The notes under the pieces are model-generated. The model saw only the letters and a list, made by a program, of their open reading frames with translations, did not search any database and was not told where the DNA came from. A stretch of DNA of 64,000 bases from Camelus dromedarius (Eukaryota): positions 121,646,001 through 121,710,000 of the forward strand of contig NC_087437.1 in the NCBI RefSeq assembly GCF_036321535.1, in the 5' to 3' direction. Position numbers and translations under genes: made by a program. This document shows, piece after piece, positions 13,370 to 24,903 of this stretch (positions within the stretch are counted from its first letter, which is position 1; each line of letters begins with the position of its first letter).

Positions 13370-13700
13370 TTCAACTGAACTTTGAACACAAAGACTTGGA
13401 TTAAACACCTTGAACGGCACGTCAGGAGGCTAAAAGGAGCCACACAAAATATTAAACCGCGTTTGTAATCTATCATTGGCAGTAATACTGGTCTTATTCA
13501 CTTTAAATTATAAAAATACAGTTTCAAAGAAAGCATGTACGAATAAAAACCAAAAATATTATGTTGATGCCGTTAGGGACCAAGATATCACGATCAGAGA
13601 AAAACAGGAACAAATATAAAACCAAAGAAGCTGCAAAAACTCTTGCACTGGACTTGACGGTACTGGTGGAAACACTTGGACTCATGCTGTCTCCTCTCAT
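13370..13700 (+). mobile_element. Old L1 3'UTR fragment (L1MC4/5-like)
   Basis: 'gttagggaccaagatatcac...acaaatataaaaccaaagaag'. Confidence 0.55.
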
Positions 13701-14117
13701 ATGAATAAGTCTTGTCGTTGTGGCCTGGGTGGCGGGGAGGCGAGGGCTGCCGGGCTGAGGTCCCCAGGCCCCAGGCCGCCGCCTCCAGCCATCCCTTCCC
13801 CCGAGGCCCGGGGCTCCCCGGGGAAGCGCCGTGTGCAGGGCGGCAGGACGGGAAGCGCCAAGCACGCCCTGCCTCAAGCGCGCTGTTCTCCGCCCCACGC
13901 CCGGCGGGTCTGCTGCAGGGATGAGGCGTCCCGAAATGACCCCACCCCGGCCGAGGCGGGGGCAGGGGCAAGTTGGCATCAGATACACCCATGACAGCGA
14001 TGGGCTGTGAAACATCAAATGGTTTTAAAGCCGTAAGAATCTCCCTTGCACCTGGGAAGCTGTCGGGGCGGGAGAGGCCGAGGACCGGCAAGCAGGAGAG
14101 GGAGGGCCGGTCAGCGG

Positions 14118-14584
14118 TGTGGCTGAAACAACGCGCAGCCTGAGAGCTGGGGGGCACGTCCGGCACGGCAGACACTCCTGAGGACTCGATCCCCTTCGAG
14201 CCGGGGTGACCGCCTCCCAGGTGGCTCTGCGGGGCGGCTCCCGAGAGGCAGGGGAGGAGCCGCGTGTACAGGAGCTTCACAGCAAAGGCCGAGGGCTCAG
14301 AGCATCGAGATCACTGTTACCTGAAGAAAACCAGGCCTCTCGGGTTAAAGACTTAAGCGCTTTTCTATGTGTATGTATTTGGGCTCATGAATCCATCTCT
14401 GTGACAAGCACCGAGCTGTCTAGGGCCAGCGTTCTGTGTCCCCTCAGAGGGCACCACTGTGAGTGGCTGCAGAGGCTGGGCTGCAGGCTGGTCCTCACGG
14501 GGGCGGGGGGAGGAGGGAAGCTGATGACTTGATGGCTTCAGCGTTCTTTGTTTACCGACACGGTTTGCAGTGTTTCCGTTCACA
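14118..14584 (-). mobile_element. ERV1 solo LTR (artiodactyl MER41-like), copy 1
   Basis: TG...CA termini; flanks gcgg/gcag (4-bp TSD, 1 mismatch); colinear homology with 22675-23038 (shared 'ctcagagggcaccactgtgagtggctgcagaggc'). Confidence 0.85.
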
Positions 14585-15674
14585 GCAGTTTGCCCCGGTT
14601 TCCTCCAGGAGCTGGCTTCACAGCTTTGTGGCTGCGGGAGAAAGTTCTTCTTAGAACATGTCCAGCAAACAGGTTGGGAAGGACTGATGGGAAGAGAAGC
14701 TCACGCTCCGGGCCTCTGGCAGAGGGGCGGAAGGGGGCTGAAGCCTCTGGGTGGAGTCGGGGGTGCCGTGTGACTCAGGCTGACAGCAAACGCACCAGCG
14801 CCCCCAGATGCAGCAGCCCCGCCACCTGTTGTCCCAAGTGTGATCAGGACCCCAGACCTACCCCTGCCCCGGTTTCAGGAAGTGCAGGGACTGGGGGAGT
14901 TGCGAGAAGTGCTGGGGTCGGCGGGGCACAGAGACCAAACCCCGAGCGGGGCTCCCACAAGGGACGGAAGGGGCTGGGGTTACAGAGGTGGTGTCAGCCA
15001 AGTGCCAGGAGGACCCCGGCGCGGGTCCGGGCCCACAGAAACAAGCGCAGCGAATCGCTGAGGAGCAGCCAGGGCGGCGAGGGCGGTGAGGGCGGCGAGG
15101 GCGGCCGCGCCCCGACGGCGGCTTCACCACGGGCCTAAAGGAGCACGCTCGCCTGGTCCCGGGACGCAGGCAGCTGCGGCGCAGGGACGGGGTGTCTCCG
15201 ATTTGACTGAGAACCTGCCACAAGAGGACACACGTGGGTTCCTCTTCCTAATAAAAGCCTTAAAGATTATGGAAGAGGGATTAAAAGCAGGACCTTAACG
15301 AAGGAAGTGGAGGAAATGACGTTGCTGATCAAACTGGGGGAGGCTTGCCCAGTCGCTCGGATTACAAGCCATGTTTGCTGGTGACGTGTAGCTCAAGAAG
15401 CAGAGGAGGGCGCTGGGGTCCTGGATCCTGGGGGCCGACACTTGGGGCCAGAGGGCATCTGCAAACCCCCTTCTGGAGGGCTGCCCACCCCTCGGACGGG
15501 AAGTCCAGGGGCCTCTGCAGGAGTGCCCAGCCCTCCTCCAGCTTCCCCTGGAGGCACCTTCAGACCCCAGACATCACCTCATCAGCCTCCCAGGAAGTTT
15601 GGACCAGGGGCAGGGCAGAGACTGCGGCAAAGCCCTGTGTGCAGGGCCAGACAGTCACGCGCCCACCTCTTACC

Positions 15675-15815
15675 TCCTTTCCACTGTGCGCCTTTGGGCA
15701 AATCTTGACCTCAAAGTTCTCATCTGTAAAATGGGTGTCAGGATGCACCCCGAACCCTCCTCACAGCAGGACACTTGAGGCGTAAACGGGAGTGTTTCCT
15801 GGCACACAGCACCTG
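15675..15815 (+). mobile_element. MIR SINE fragment
   Basis: Core 'ttgggcaaat...ctcaaagttctcatctgtaaaatggg'. Confidence 0.7.
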
Positions 15816-17741
15816 GTCTGTGGTCACGTGGGCCCAACTCCATGGACTCTGACATGTGAACTTGGGGTCTGGCAGCACGGACGCACCCTGGGGCAGCTCG
15901 GTGAAGCCCACTGAGCACCTGCCATATGCAGATGTAGGTTAAGGGGGACCCTGGGCGAGCTTCCCCCGACCTGCATCCAGTGGGAAGAGACCCACAGCAA
16001 GGTCCTGGTGGGGACATCGTTACCAGCCCCCTCCTCCCACTCCTCCTCCAGAACACTGATCGCAGCTGGAGACAACGCCGCCTGGTTACCCATAAACAGG
16101 TAACTGCTAGAAAAATCACGGAATTTAAGAGGAGAGCTTTATTAGACACGAGGCAGCAGGAAGCCAGGGGTGGGAGCAGAGACCTCAGATCCAAGCCTGG
16201 AGTGGAGAGGGGCTGGTGACCCGATGGAAACACAGGGTGAACTGGGCCTTCTCTGCTCATGCTGGGCGGGGCGCACGGCTTGCTGTGGCCTCTGATACTG
16301 GAGGCAGTGAGACTGGACGGATAACCTGTTCCAGAGGAGCCACCCTCCCCCCGGTTCTGGGGCTCCTCTCTGGCTCCAGTGGACAAGACCCTGCCAGGAA
16401 GGGAGGGCCTCCAGCTGGGGGAGCGGAAAGTTTTCCTGAAAAGATGAGACCCCAGAGAGGCGAGAAAGGGCCTCCGGACTTGGGGGTCGGGGGGCCAGGG
16501 CTGGGCTGCAGTGGGGCGGGGAGCAGGCAAGGCGGGCCCTTCCTCCCTTGCAGAAAGGCTGCTGCTGAGAAACAAGAGTGGCTCGGCCCACTTCCCTGCA
16601 AGCTGGTGGGAGGCCCCAGCCCAACGTGCGGGTCCCAAGGCTCCTGGGTCAGCAGAACCCGGTCTCCCCACCTCCTATCCGCCCACCTGCAGCACTGGGG
16701 ACACGAGAGTGGGGTCCCCCCTTCCCTGGCCCAGGAGGCAGAGTGGGGAGCCCTGCTTTAGGGGTGCATCTGGTCTGTGTGTGGCCTTAAAGGCCAGCTG
16801 TCCTCTGCACCCGCCCCCTCAGGTGCCCTGGGGTTAACATGGGCCCACGGTTTCCAGGGAAAGGAGGGTCCAGCCGCAGCGTGCGCCCCACCCTTCCTGC
16901 GGGGGTGGGGGGCTGGTCTGCCTCTCCCAGGACCGCTTCCTTCCTCCCACACCGCGACCCGGGTGCAGCCCTGGACGCTCTGACCCTCTTTCCATACGTT
17001 GGGAAGCTCACGCCCCGGCCTGCTGGGCGGCATCTGGGACCCATTTCCTGCTGGTCCCACACCACATGCCCTGGGCCAAGGCCAGCTGGCCGGCCTGGGG
17101 CAGCCCCTCGTCACAGTCAGCCCCGCGGCCACCTGTCTGGACACCGCCTGAGGCCAGGGCCGGCCTTCTCTCCAGAGTGGCTGCAGGTGTGGTGGGGGCC
17201 TGCAGGCCTTACGGGGCCTCAGACTCCAGAGGCCAAAGTGAACCAGGCTGGAGGAGGATGTGCCAGAAATAAGAACCCCAGTAAGCGGGGGAGAAGAGGC
17301 CCGGCCCCCAGAGCCCAGCCAGCCATCCAGACCCCACACCCTGGCCCTGCCGTCCAGCTCCCAGACCCCTCGGGCTCCTCCCTCCACTGGGCTCTCCCAC
17401 CGGCCCCCCTCACCTGCCTCCTCTGACTCCAGGCTTCCCAGCGCCGTCCTGGCACCAGGCGGTCCCTCTGCAACAGCGTCGCAACCCTGGCCGTGGGGCC
17501 CACCATCCACAGCCTTGGTGGGTGACTCGCTGCCCGTCCAGGTGCCCACAGCCAGGGTCATAGGACCCATCCCCCGACCTAGGCAGCCCGTTGGTAAGTC
17601 ACCCCCAGGAGGGGTGGGGGCTGGGTGGCGGCTGCTAAGGCCCCAGGGCAGGGGCACCTTAAGAGGAAGGCCACTTGCCCAGCCTCCTGGGTTCCCCACG
17701 CCGTCCTGTCCCTGCACAGGGCCCAGTTTCTTCCCCCATGT

Positions 17742-17900
17742 CTTGTTTTGTTTTGTTTTGTTTGTTTATTTGTTTGTTTTGGGAGGTAATTAGGTTTACT
17801 TATTTACTTCTTTATTTTAATGGAGGTGCTGGGGGTTGAACCCAGGACCTCGTGCATGCTGAGCGTGCCCTCTACCACTGAGCGGTGCCCTGCTGCCCCC
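17742..17900 (-). mobile_element. tRNA-derived SINE (Vic-1-like)
   Basis: 'gggaggtaattaggttta...aatggaggtgctgggggttgaacccaggacctcgtgcatgctgagc...ctctaccactgagc'. Confidence 0.92.
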
Positions 17901-17932
17901 CACTGTGTCCTTGATACACAGAGACGCGTGAT

Positions 17933-18000
17933 TCACACACAGAGACATGCACACATGTACACACATACACACATGTACACACATACACACATGTACACAG
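17933..18000. repeat. CA-rich tandem repeat (18-bp unit cacacatgtacacacata, about 2.7 copies)
   Basis: Direct reading. A similar CA-rich tract resumes at 18765-18885. Confidence 0.85.
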
Positions 18001-18001
18001 T

Positions 18002-18768
18002 CATGGGCTGGGTTGTGACCCCCCCAATTCACATAATGAATTCCTGACCCCCAGAACCTCAATCTGACCTCAGGCAGCCAGAACGAGCACCACAGACGGG
18101 GAAATCAAACAACAGACGTTTATTCTCTCATGGTCTTGGAGGGTGAAGTCTGAGGTTCAGGGTCACAGGGCTGGTCTCTCCCAGACGTGTAGATAGTCGT
18201 CTCCTCCCTGTGTCCTCACGTGCTTGTCCCCCTGTGTGTGTCTGCTTCCTAATCTCTTTGCACAAGGATGCCATTCATACGAGAACAGGGCCCTCGCCAG
18301 TGACCTAATTTTACCTTAACTACCTCCTTAAAGACCCAATCTCCAAATGAGGCCACATTCTGAGCCGCTGGGCGTCAGGGCTTCAACATGTGAATTTGGG
18401 AGACCACAGTTCAGCCCATAACAGAGATAATCAAGTTAAAATGAAGTCAAGAGGGGGGATCTAGTCCAGTATGATCGTGCTCCTATAAAAAGGAGAGATT
18501 TGGATGCGGACACACCTGGGAGAATGCTGCGTGAAGATGAAGATGGAGATCAGGGTGATGTTTCCACAAGCCGAGGGGCCCCGATGATTTGCCAGAACCC
18601 GTGAGAGAGGCCTGGAGCAGGTTCTCCCTCTAATTCTCCCCCTGCAACAGGAAGCAGATGCTTTGATCTTCAACTTCTAGCCTCCGGGGTTGTGAGAGTA
18701 TAAATTTCTGTCATTTAAGCTGCCCTAGTGTGTGGCACTTTCTTACAGCAGCTCTAGCAAACTGACAC
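18002..18768 (+). mobile_element. MaLR LTR (MLT1B-like), split by a nested antisense MLT1
   Basis: 5' part 18002-18070 (catgggctgggttgtgaccccccc...ccccagaacctca) continues at 18424 (gagataatcaagttaaaatga...) to 'cagcagctctagcaaactgacaca'. Confidence 0.85.
18071..18423 (-). mobile_element. MaLR LTR (MLT1B-like), antisense, nested
   Basis: 'aaacaacagacgtttattctctca...gggcttcaacatgtgaatttggg...cacagttcagcccataaca' is the reverse complement of an MLT1 LTR. Confidence 0.88.
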
Positions 18769-18885
18769 ACACACTGCATGCACATGTGCTCGGGTACACA
18801 CATGCACACAGGCAGGTGCACATGTAAAAGACAGGTGTGCACATGCATACAGGAATGCACATGTGCATACACACAGGTACACGTG

Positions 18886-20290
18886 TCAGAACTCATGGGA
18901 TGCAACCAAAGAAGTGCTTTGAGGGAAATTCATAGCTTTAAAATGCTTATACTAGACATAAACAAGAAGCCTTAATTACCTAAGTTTTCACCATTAGAAA
19001 CTAGGAAAAAACAAGCAAATTAAATGCAAAAAGTTAAATAATAAAAATAAGAGTAGAAAATAATAAAATAAAAAGCAAACAGTAGGAAAAATGAACAAAG
19101 CAAAAATCGGTTCTTTGAAAATTATAATTGATAACTTTAGCAAGATTGTTTAAAAAACAGAGGCGATAGAAATCGAGGATGAGAGAAGGGTATCAATGCA
19201 GATCCTTCAGTAACAAAAGGAGAAGAAACGTTATGAACAGCTTTATGTCAAGAAATTCAACAACTTAGGTGACACAAATGCCTGAAAAATGCAACTTAGA
19301 AAATGTGAATAGCCCTATGATTATCCCTAAAATTTAAATTCATCATCAAAATTATTTCTACAAAGAAGACTGCGTGCCCGGATGGCTTCACTGTGAGTTT
19401 TATCAGCATTTAGGGAGGTTACAAAAGAAACAGACTCGCAGACGTAGTAAACAATCGTATGGTTACCCGGGAGAGGGGGCGGGAAGGGATACATTCAGGA
19501 GTTGGAGATTTGCAAATGTTAACCACTGTATATAAAAACAGATTAAAAAAAACAAATTTCTCCTGTACAGCACAGGGAACTATATTCAATATCTTATAAT
19601 AACATTAAATGAAAAAGAGCATGAAAGCAGATACATGTATGTATGTGCATGACTGGGACACTGCTGTACCCCAGAAGTCAACACATTGTAACTGTGTCTC
19701 AATCTGAGAAAAACAATTTAGGGAGGAAGTATCACCAATCGTACACAGACTCACTCAGAGAGTAGAAGAGGGAGCAGCTCCCAGCCCGGTCCACGAGGCT
19801 GACCCCACCCCGACAGAGCACACTGTAAGGGAAGAAGCACAGAGATTAGTAACATCCACGGATGTGGATGCAAAACACCGAGCAAAACGTTAGCAAACCA
19901 GATCCCACGATCTACGTAAGACGGAATCACCTCTTGTGATCGAGCGTGGCTCAGCCCAAGAACACAAGGTCGGTTTACGACTTGAAACCAGCCAGTGGAG
20001 TTCACCGTACCAGCAGAACAAAGGAGAGCACAAGACACCTGAACAAACGCAGAAAAGCCGTTGAGCAGAAGTGTGACACCCACTGATGACAAAAGCTCTC
20101 TGAGGACCAAGACTACACCGAAACTTCCCCTCCGACACGGGCCACCCGTGAATCCCCTACAGCTAAACTCCCGCTTAGTGCTGGGTACACGTGTAGTGGG
20201 ACGTTTACCCCGAAGTCCGGGAGCAGGCACCGCTGTCTGCTCTGGCCATGTGATTCCCCATGAAGCGCTGGAAATTTCAGGCAACACAGT
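18886..20290 (+). mobile_element. Old L1 ORF2 fragment (post-endonuclease to RT), interrupted at 19419-19715
   Basis: 'tgggatgcaaccaaagaagtgctttgagggaaattcatagc', 'ggttctttgaaaa', 'gatggcttcactgtgagttttatca', 'gatgcaaaacac...ttagcaaaccagatcc'. Confidence 0.88.
19419..19715 (+). mobile_element. Young L1 3'UTR nested in the older L1
   Basis: Homologous to ~2925-3195; flanked by the 11-bp TSD atttagggagg (19408-19418 and 19716-19726). Confidence 0.92.
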
Positions 20291-21884
20291 AAGCGAGACA
20301 GAGGATCAGGGGTGCCGTCCGGGGGGTGCAGCTGGGCCTGTGGGACGGTCTCGCACCCAGCCAGCCCTCTGCTCCCAGCCCGGGGACTGCAGACAGCAAG
20401 TCCCCTTCGCCCACCGGCTCGGCCTGCACTCAGCCAGCAGCAGGCACTTAGGCTCCGCGGTCCTGAGGGACAGGAAGGGCCCAGGGACAGGATTGCGACA
20501 GCCAGATTCAGCGTGTGCTCCTGGCCAGACCCGCTCTGGGGAGGGACGCTGGGGAGACCCTCAGCAAAGCTGAATGTGGATGCTCAGCGCGACGGGCGTG
20601 TTCCACCACCTGGCGGCTGCGGTAAGGGTCATGGTGGAATGTCTGTGCTCCCAGGAGAGGCCCAAGGAGGCATTTAGGAGCAAAGGGTGTGGAGTCTCCC
20701 ACCCGCTCTCCACTGGTTCTGAAAACACGTTAGAGAGAGAGGGGGAGAGTGATGAAGAAATGTGAGAAAATGTAGAACATCACTGAGCTGAGGCTACCCA
20801 GAAAGTTCCCTCTCTAGTCTTGCCACGATTCTCATTTTTTTTTTTTCCAGTTTGAAATTATTTCAGGACACACTAATGTCCGGACAAAATCTGCGTCTTT
20901 CTAGGAAGAGGCCGTCCGTCCGCCCGGCACGGCCAGGGCGAGCGCGGCTCCGGCCCCGTGTTCACGAGGCCGTTTCGCTGTCAAACCCGCTGAGGCTGCA
21001 CATTCTCAAAGCCGACCTTAGGTCCCCGGAGCTGCATTTTTTTCCAATCCGATGTTCTTTCACAGAGAAAGAATGTTCAGTTTCTTGCATTTGGTCTCAA
21101 GTTAATGATGCTTTCCGGGCGTGCACTCCCAGGGCTGCACACTCAGTTCTTCCCAGAGTTCAGATCACGTACCCACCAGACACACGTGCTGGGTGCTCGC
21201 CGGGAGTGGGGAAGTCGTGAGTCACATGGAGGAGCCCTCTATCCCTGTGGCAACTACGGGCAGTGGGGGGAGAGCCTTGGTTTATCTCCTGTCAAACACA
21301 GGAAGAATCATCTGATCATTTGCTATCTTGTGGCTGCCAAAACTTGCAATCTGTTCTGCAAACAACAGCACTGGTGGAGGGGAAGCTCAACACGCAGTCA
21401 CAGACACGGACCGTTCCGGCTGAACGAGGGAGTGGCCCGAGCGCCTCGTGGCTCCCAAGCCCTCTCCCCGGGAGCGGGGCCCAGGCGCCAGCCACAGGCC
21501 AGCCCGGACTCCAGGAGCCGGCACATGCCGCCCGAAGCTGAGGCTCCAGAGGGAGGAGACAGTGGTCCCTGAGCTGTCAGCACTCTGAACGGCCCGTCTC
21601 CTCGCCGTGCGCGTTCTGGGCACCCGTGAGCCCCTCCCGCTGGTAGATCTGACCAGTGATGACAACAACTGTCCCAGGGCCACTTCTGCATCACTCCTGA
21701 GCAGGGCAAGGACCCGGATTCACAACCATTGCAACAGAGCTTCAGAAGCTGGTGCGGGGAGAGCCTGGGGTCCCCTCATCACTCACGGCTACTTAATTCT
21801 GGGTGGAAATCCGGTGCGGCTCAAGTTAGCACTCTCCGGTGCGGATTCTAGTGCGAACTCTCAGTCCTCCCAGCGACCCCACGA

Positions 21885-21985
21885 CAGGGGCTGTCATCCC
21901 CGTTAGACAGAGGAGGAAGCTGAGGCACAGGGAGGCCACACGGCCGGGAGGCCCAGCCTGGACTTGGGGCCCCGACTCAGCAGGC
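21885..21985 (-). mobile_element. MIR fragment
   Basis: 'tgtcatccccgttagacagaggaggaagctgaggcacag'. Confidence 0.55.
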
Positions 21986-22674
21986 CTCCAGCTGCCCAGG
22001 AGGCTTCAAAGGACCCTCCAGGAGAGGGTGCGAGGGGCCCTGGCTGTCAGGGAAGGGATGGGGAGCTGACCTCCAGTGAGAGGAAGGGCTGGGTGTCCTG
22101 CAGCAGGGCCTGAACCCGGGCCAGCTCTGCAGACCCAGGAAGGCGCGCCGGGCTGGGTGCAGAGAGCAGACAGCTGCGCGGACGGGCTGGGGGCAGGGAC
22201 AGCGCTTGGAGGCAGCCTGGCGCCAGAGGCCAAACCGCAGCGAGTCCAGGCCCCAGGGGAGGCGGCACCACCCAGCCGCCCTCATACCAGACCCGACTCA
22301 CACTCAACAGCCTCATCATGAGCTCAGGAACAGGCGAGCCACGATATGTGGGGTCCAACGAAAGGAGACTTCCACACCGTTGTGAGCTTTACAAGAGGAT
22401 TGCAGGCAGTGGAGCCTTTGCCCGTGTGGAGGATGAGCGATGGAAAGTTCCCTGGGTTCAGCTGTATTATGGAAGGCCTGTGGGAGGCAGCCGTGAGGCC
22501 CTGAGAGACCCTGGGACCCAGGCCCACCCTGCCCGGCCTCCTGGGCCCCGCCTCTGTGTCCTTGCAAGCGACAAGGACGCAGTGAGGGCTCTGCTGAGGG
22601 TAGGAGGACGTTACCAGGCGCGGCTCTGGGTGGGGTTGAGGCCCCTCTCGCGGGGGGGGTGGTGACATTCCTGG

Positions 22675-23038
22675 TGTCGACTGAAGTACACGCGCAGCTT
22701 AAAAGCTCAGAGTCATGTTCTATTTGGCGGGAGGACTCGGGCCGGGGTGATGGCCTCTCAGGTGGCTCTGAGGGGCTGCTCCTAAGAGGTAGGGGAGGAG
22801 CTGGGATATATAGGGGCTTTACAACAAAGACCAGGTAGTTGGAACAATGACAAGCACCTGGCTATCTAGGGTCAGTGTCCTGTCCTTTCTTATTCCGAGT
22901 CCGCTCAGAGGGCACCACTGTGAGTGGCTGCAGAGGCCGGGCTGCAGGCCTGGCCCCACTGGGGGGTGGCGGCAGCCGCTGATGACCTGGTTTCAGCCTT
23001 CTTTGTTTACTGATATGGTTGCAGCATTTTCGTTGACA
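22675..23038 (-). mobile_element. ERV1 solo LTR (artiodactyl MER41-like), copy 2, with an internal deletion
   Basis: tgtcgactg...ttgaca termini; retains tatata; homologous to 14118-14584 but lacks about 95 bp (14306-14401 of copy 1). Confidence 0.88.
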
Positions 23039-23489
23039 CCAGGAAACCCAGGGAAAGAGGCCACGGGGCCTCTGATGGCCGGGCCCGACTTCCTGGGCAG
23101 AGGGATCACAGAAGCCAAGGGCGCCCTTTACCATGAAGACCATCCGGGAAAGAACCCTTCATGAGCTTAAGGTGGCTGTAAAATTTACCTTCTACCTAAA
23201 AACTAGAGATTGTGAAGGAGAATTTGAGTGAAAAGGACACTGGGGACAGGCAGCAAGGCAGTCTGCTTCTCCCTGGGAGTGGAGTGAGGGGGCTGGGGGG
23301 CATCAGAATCCCTTCTGGTGGAAACCCCCTGCCCACATCCCCAGCTGAGGGACCCTCCCCACGGCTGCGGGGTCAGGCGTCCCCTCCCACCCTGCAGCGA
23401 GGACAGCGGCGAGCACCTGGCCCAGAGCTCGGCGTGTGTGGCCCAGGTCCCCAGGCGTTTGATCTGAGAGGCAGGCCAGGGGCAGCGAG

Positions 23490-23810
23490 AGGGGAAACTG
23501 AGTCTCTGGGTGGGGCCTTCATTCCTGCAGATCAACCCAAAGGTACGCACCAGGTTCTGAATGCACCTCCCGCCCGGAGGAGCCATGGCTGTTCCATCGC
23601 TGACTGCTGTTTGATCATCATCACGTCTTTTGATCGACTGCTTCTCCTGTGTCTGCGTTCCCTTGCTTCTCTACTCAGTAACCGCTTGGGCCTGCTCCGT
23701 GCAACTCAGGGGAGGCCTCGGAGACCAGACCTTTTTCTGTAAACAAAAGCAGCGGTGGCGGGGCTTGCGTGCCCAGGAGGGCCCTGCAGGCCCCACGTCG
23801 GACCCCGACA
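23490..23810 (-). mobile_element. ERV1 LTR fragment, same family as 61431-62035
   Basis: 'catcgctgactgctgtttga...ctgcttctcctgtgtctgcgttccct' is the reverse complement of ~61576-61646. Confidence 0.7.
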
Positions 23811-24228
23811 GGCCCCACCAGCCACGGGGGTGACCGCCGGGCATTCCCACCTGTCCGGCGACAGGGCAGCCCCCTGGCTGTCAGGGTGGTGGGGAGGGGG
23901 CGGCGCTGCCGGGAGGGGCTGATGTGCCCCCTCCCCGTGTGCCCCGCCCCCGGGAGTCCTTACCTACCATTTCCTGGGCAGGGGGAGGGGAGGCGGCTGC
24001 AGAAACACCCCAAGCTGGGCCCTCTGAGCTTGGAGTGGGGGGAGGGAAGCCAGGCGACTGGGCCAGGACCGAGTCACAGGATAGGCTGCGGTACCCTGGG
24101 CGGCCTGGAGGGCGTCGGCCGCGGAGGGAACACGCCCTGCGGAACCGTGGAGCCGCCGCCAGCCAAGCTGTCAGTTTTTCTTTCATCAAAGTTTCCTTCA
24201 ACATACTTTTCCTTAAAAACCCCAGTCT

Positions 24229-24369
24229 GGGGGGAGGGTGTAGCTCAGTGGGAGAGCACGTGCTTAGCATGCAGGCGGTCCTAGGTTCAATCCCCAGTCC
24301 CTCTATTTAATAAATAAATTAAGTAAGTAAGTAAATAAGTAAGTAAACCCAACCCTCCTCCCCTCACAT
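24229..24369 (+). mobile_element. tRNA-derived SINE (Vic-1-like)
   Basis: ggggagggtgtagctcagtgg (A box)...ggttcaatcccc (B box), (taag/taaa)n tail; imperfect TSD aaacccc(a)gtc(t/c)gg on both sides. Confidence 0.93.
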
Positions 24370-24384
24370 AAACCCCGTCCGGGT

Positions 24385-24903
24385 TTTGGGTCGAAGAAAA
24401 TCAAGACACCCCTCCCCAGACCCTCCACTGGGGCACAAGGGCCGGGTTGGGCTGAAGGTGACTGAGAGCCCAGACTGAGGAAGGGCCCTCTGCCTGCCCT
24501 TTCCAGCCTGAAGGCAGAGCGTGCACTTCCCTTTCACAAAAAGAATTTCCACTTGTAAGGCTGTCCTCGGGGGACGACTCTTGGGCTGGGGGCTGCCAAA
24601 CAAAACTCACTCCACAACCCTTGTTTCCAAACGTTCCCTAGTTTCCTTGCCGCCTTCCCACACTCACCCCTTCGACCCACACCCGTTTCTCTTCCATAAG
24701 CATCCCCTTCCTTAAGATGGTATATAACCACCGCCACCACCCACCCTGCCTCTCCGGAGTTTTCTGCGATGCCCTCCTTCCCCACCACGTGCGCATGAAA
24801 TAAAACTTTTCTCCTGTTAATCTGGCTTTTCTCAGTTTAATTCACAGGCCGCCAGGACTGAACTTAAGAGGATAGAGGAAAGGCTTTTTTCTCCTCTCCT
24901 GCA
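24385..24903 (+). mobile_element. ERV1 solo LTR (MER34/LTR39-like)
   Basis: 3' end 'aataaaacttttctcctgttaatctggcttttctcagtttaatt...aagaggatagaggaaa...ctcctctcctgca'; TATA-like tatataa at 24721. Confidence 0.75.

Noticed and set aside
15830..16210. LTR-like segment with minus-strand AATAAA
   Set aside because: No termini, TSD or family could be identified.
20830..20860. Strong splice-acceptor-like T tract (ttttttttttccag)
   Set aside because: Lies in what looks like a decayed L1 3' end; no supportable downstream exon.
14118..23038. Possible full provirus between two homologous LTRs
   Set aside because: The interval contains MIR, MLT1, SINE and L1 pieces, no retroviral internal sequence, and each LTR has its own flanks.
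24229..24305. tRNA-like sequence with A and B boxes (also 8100, 7490, 17820, 51700)
   Set aside because: Head of tRNA-derived SINEs with AT tails, not functional tRNA genes.
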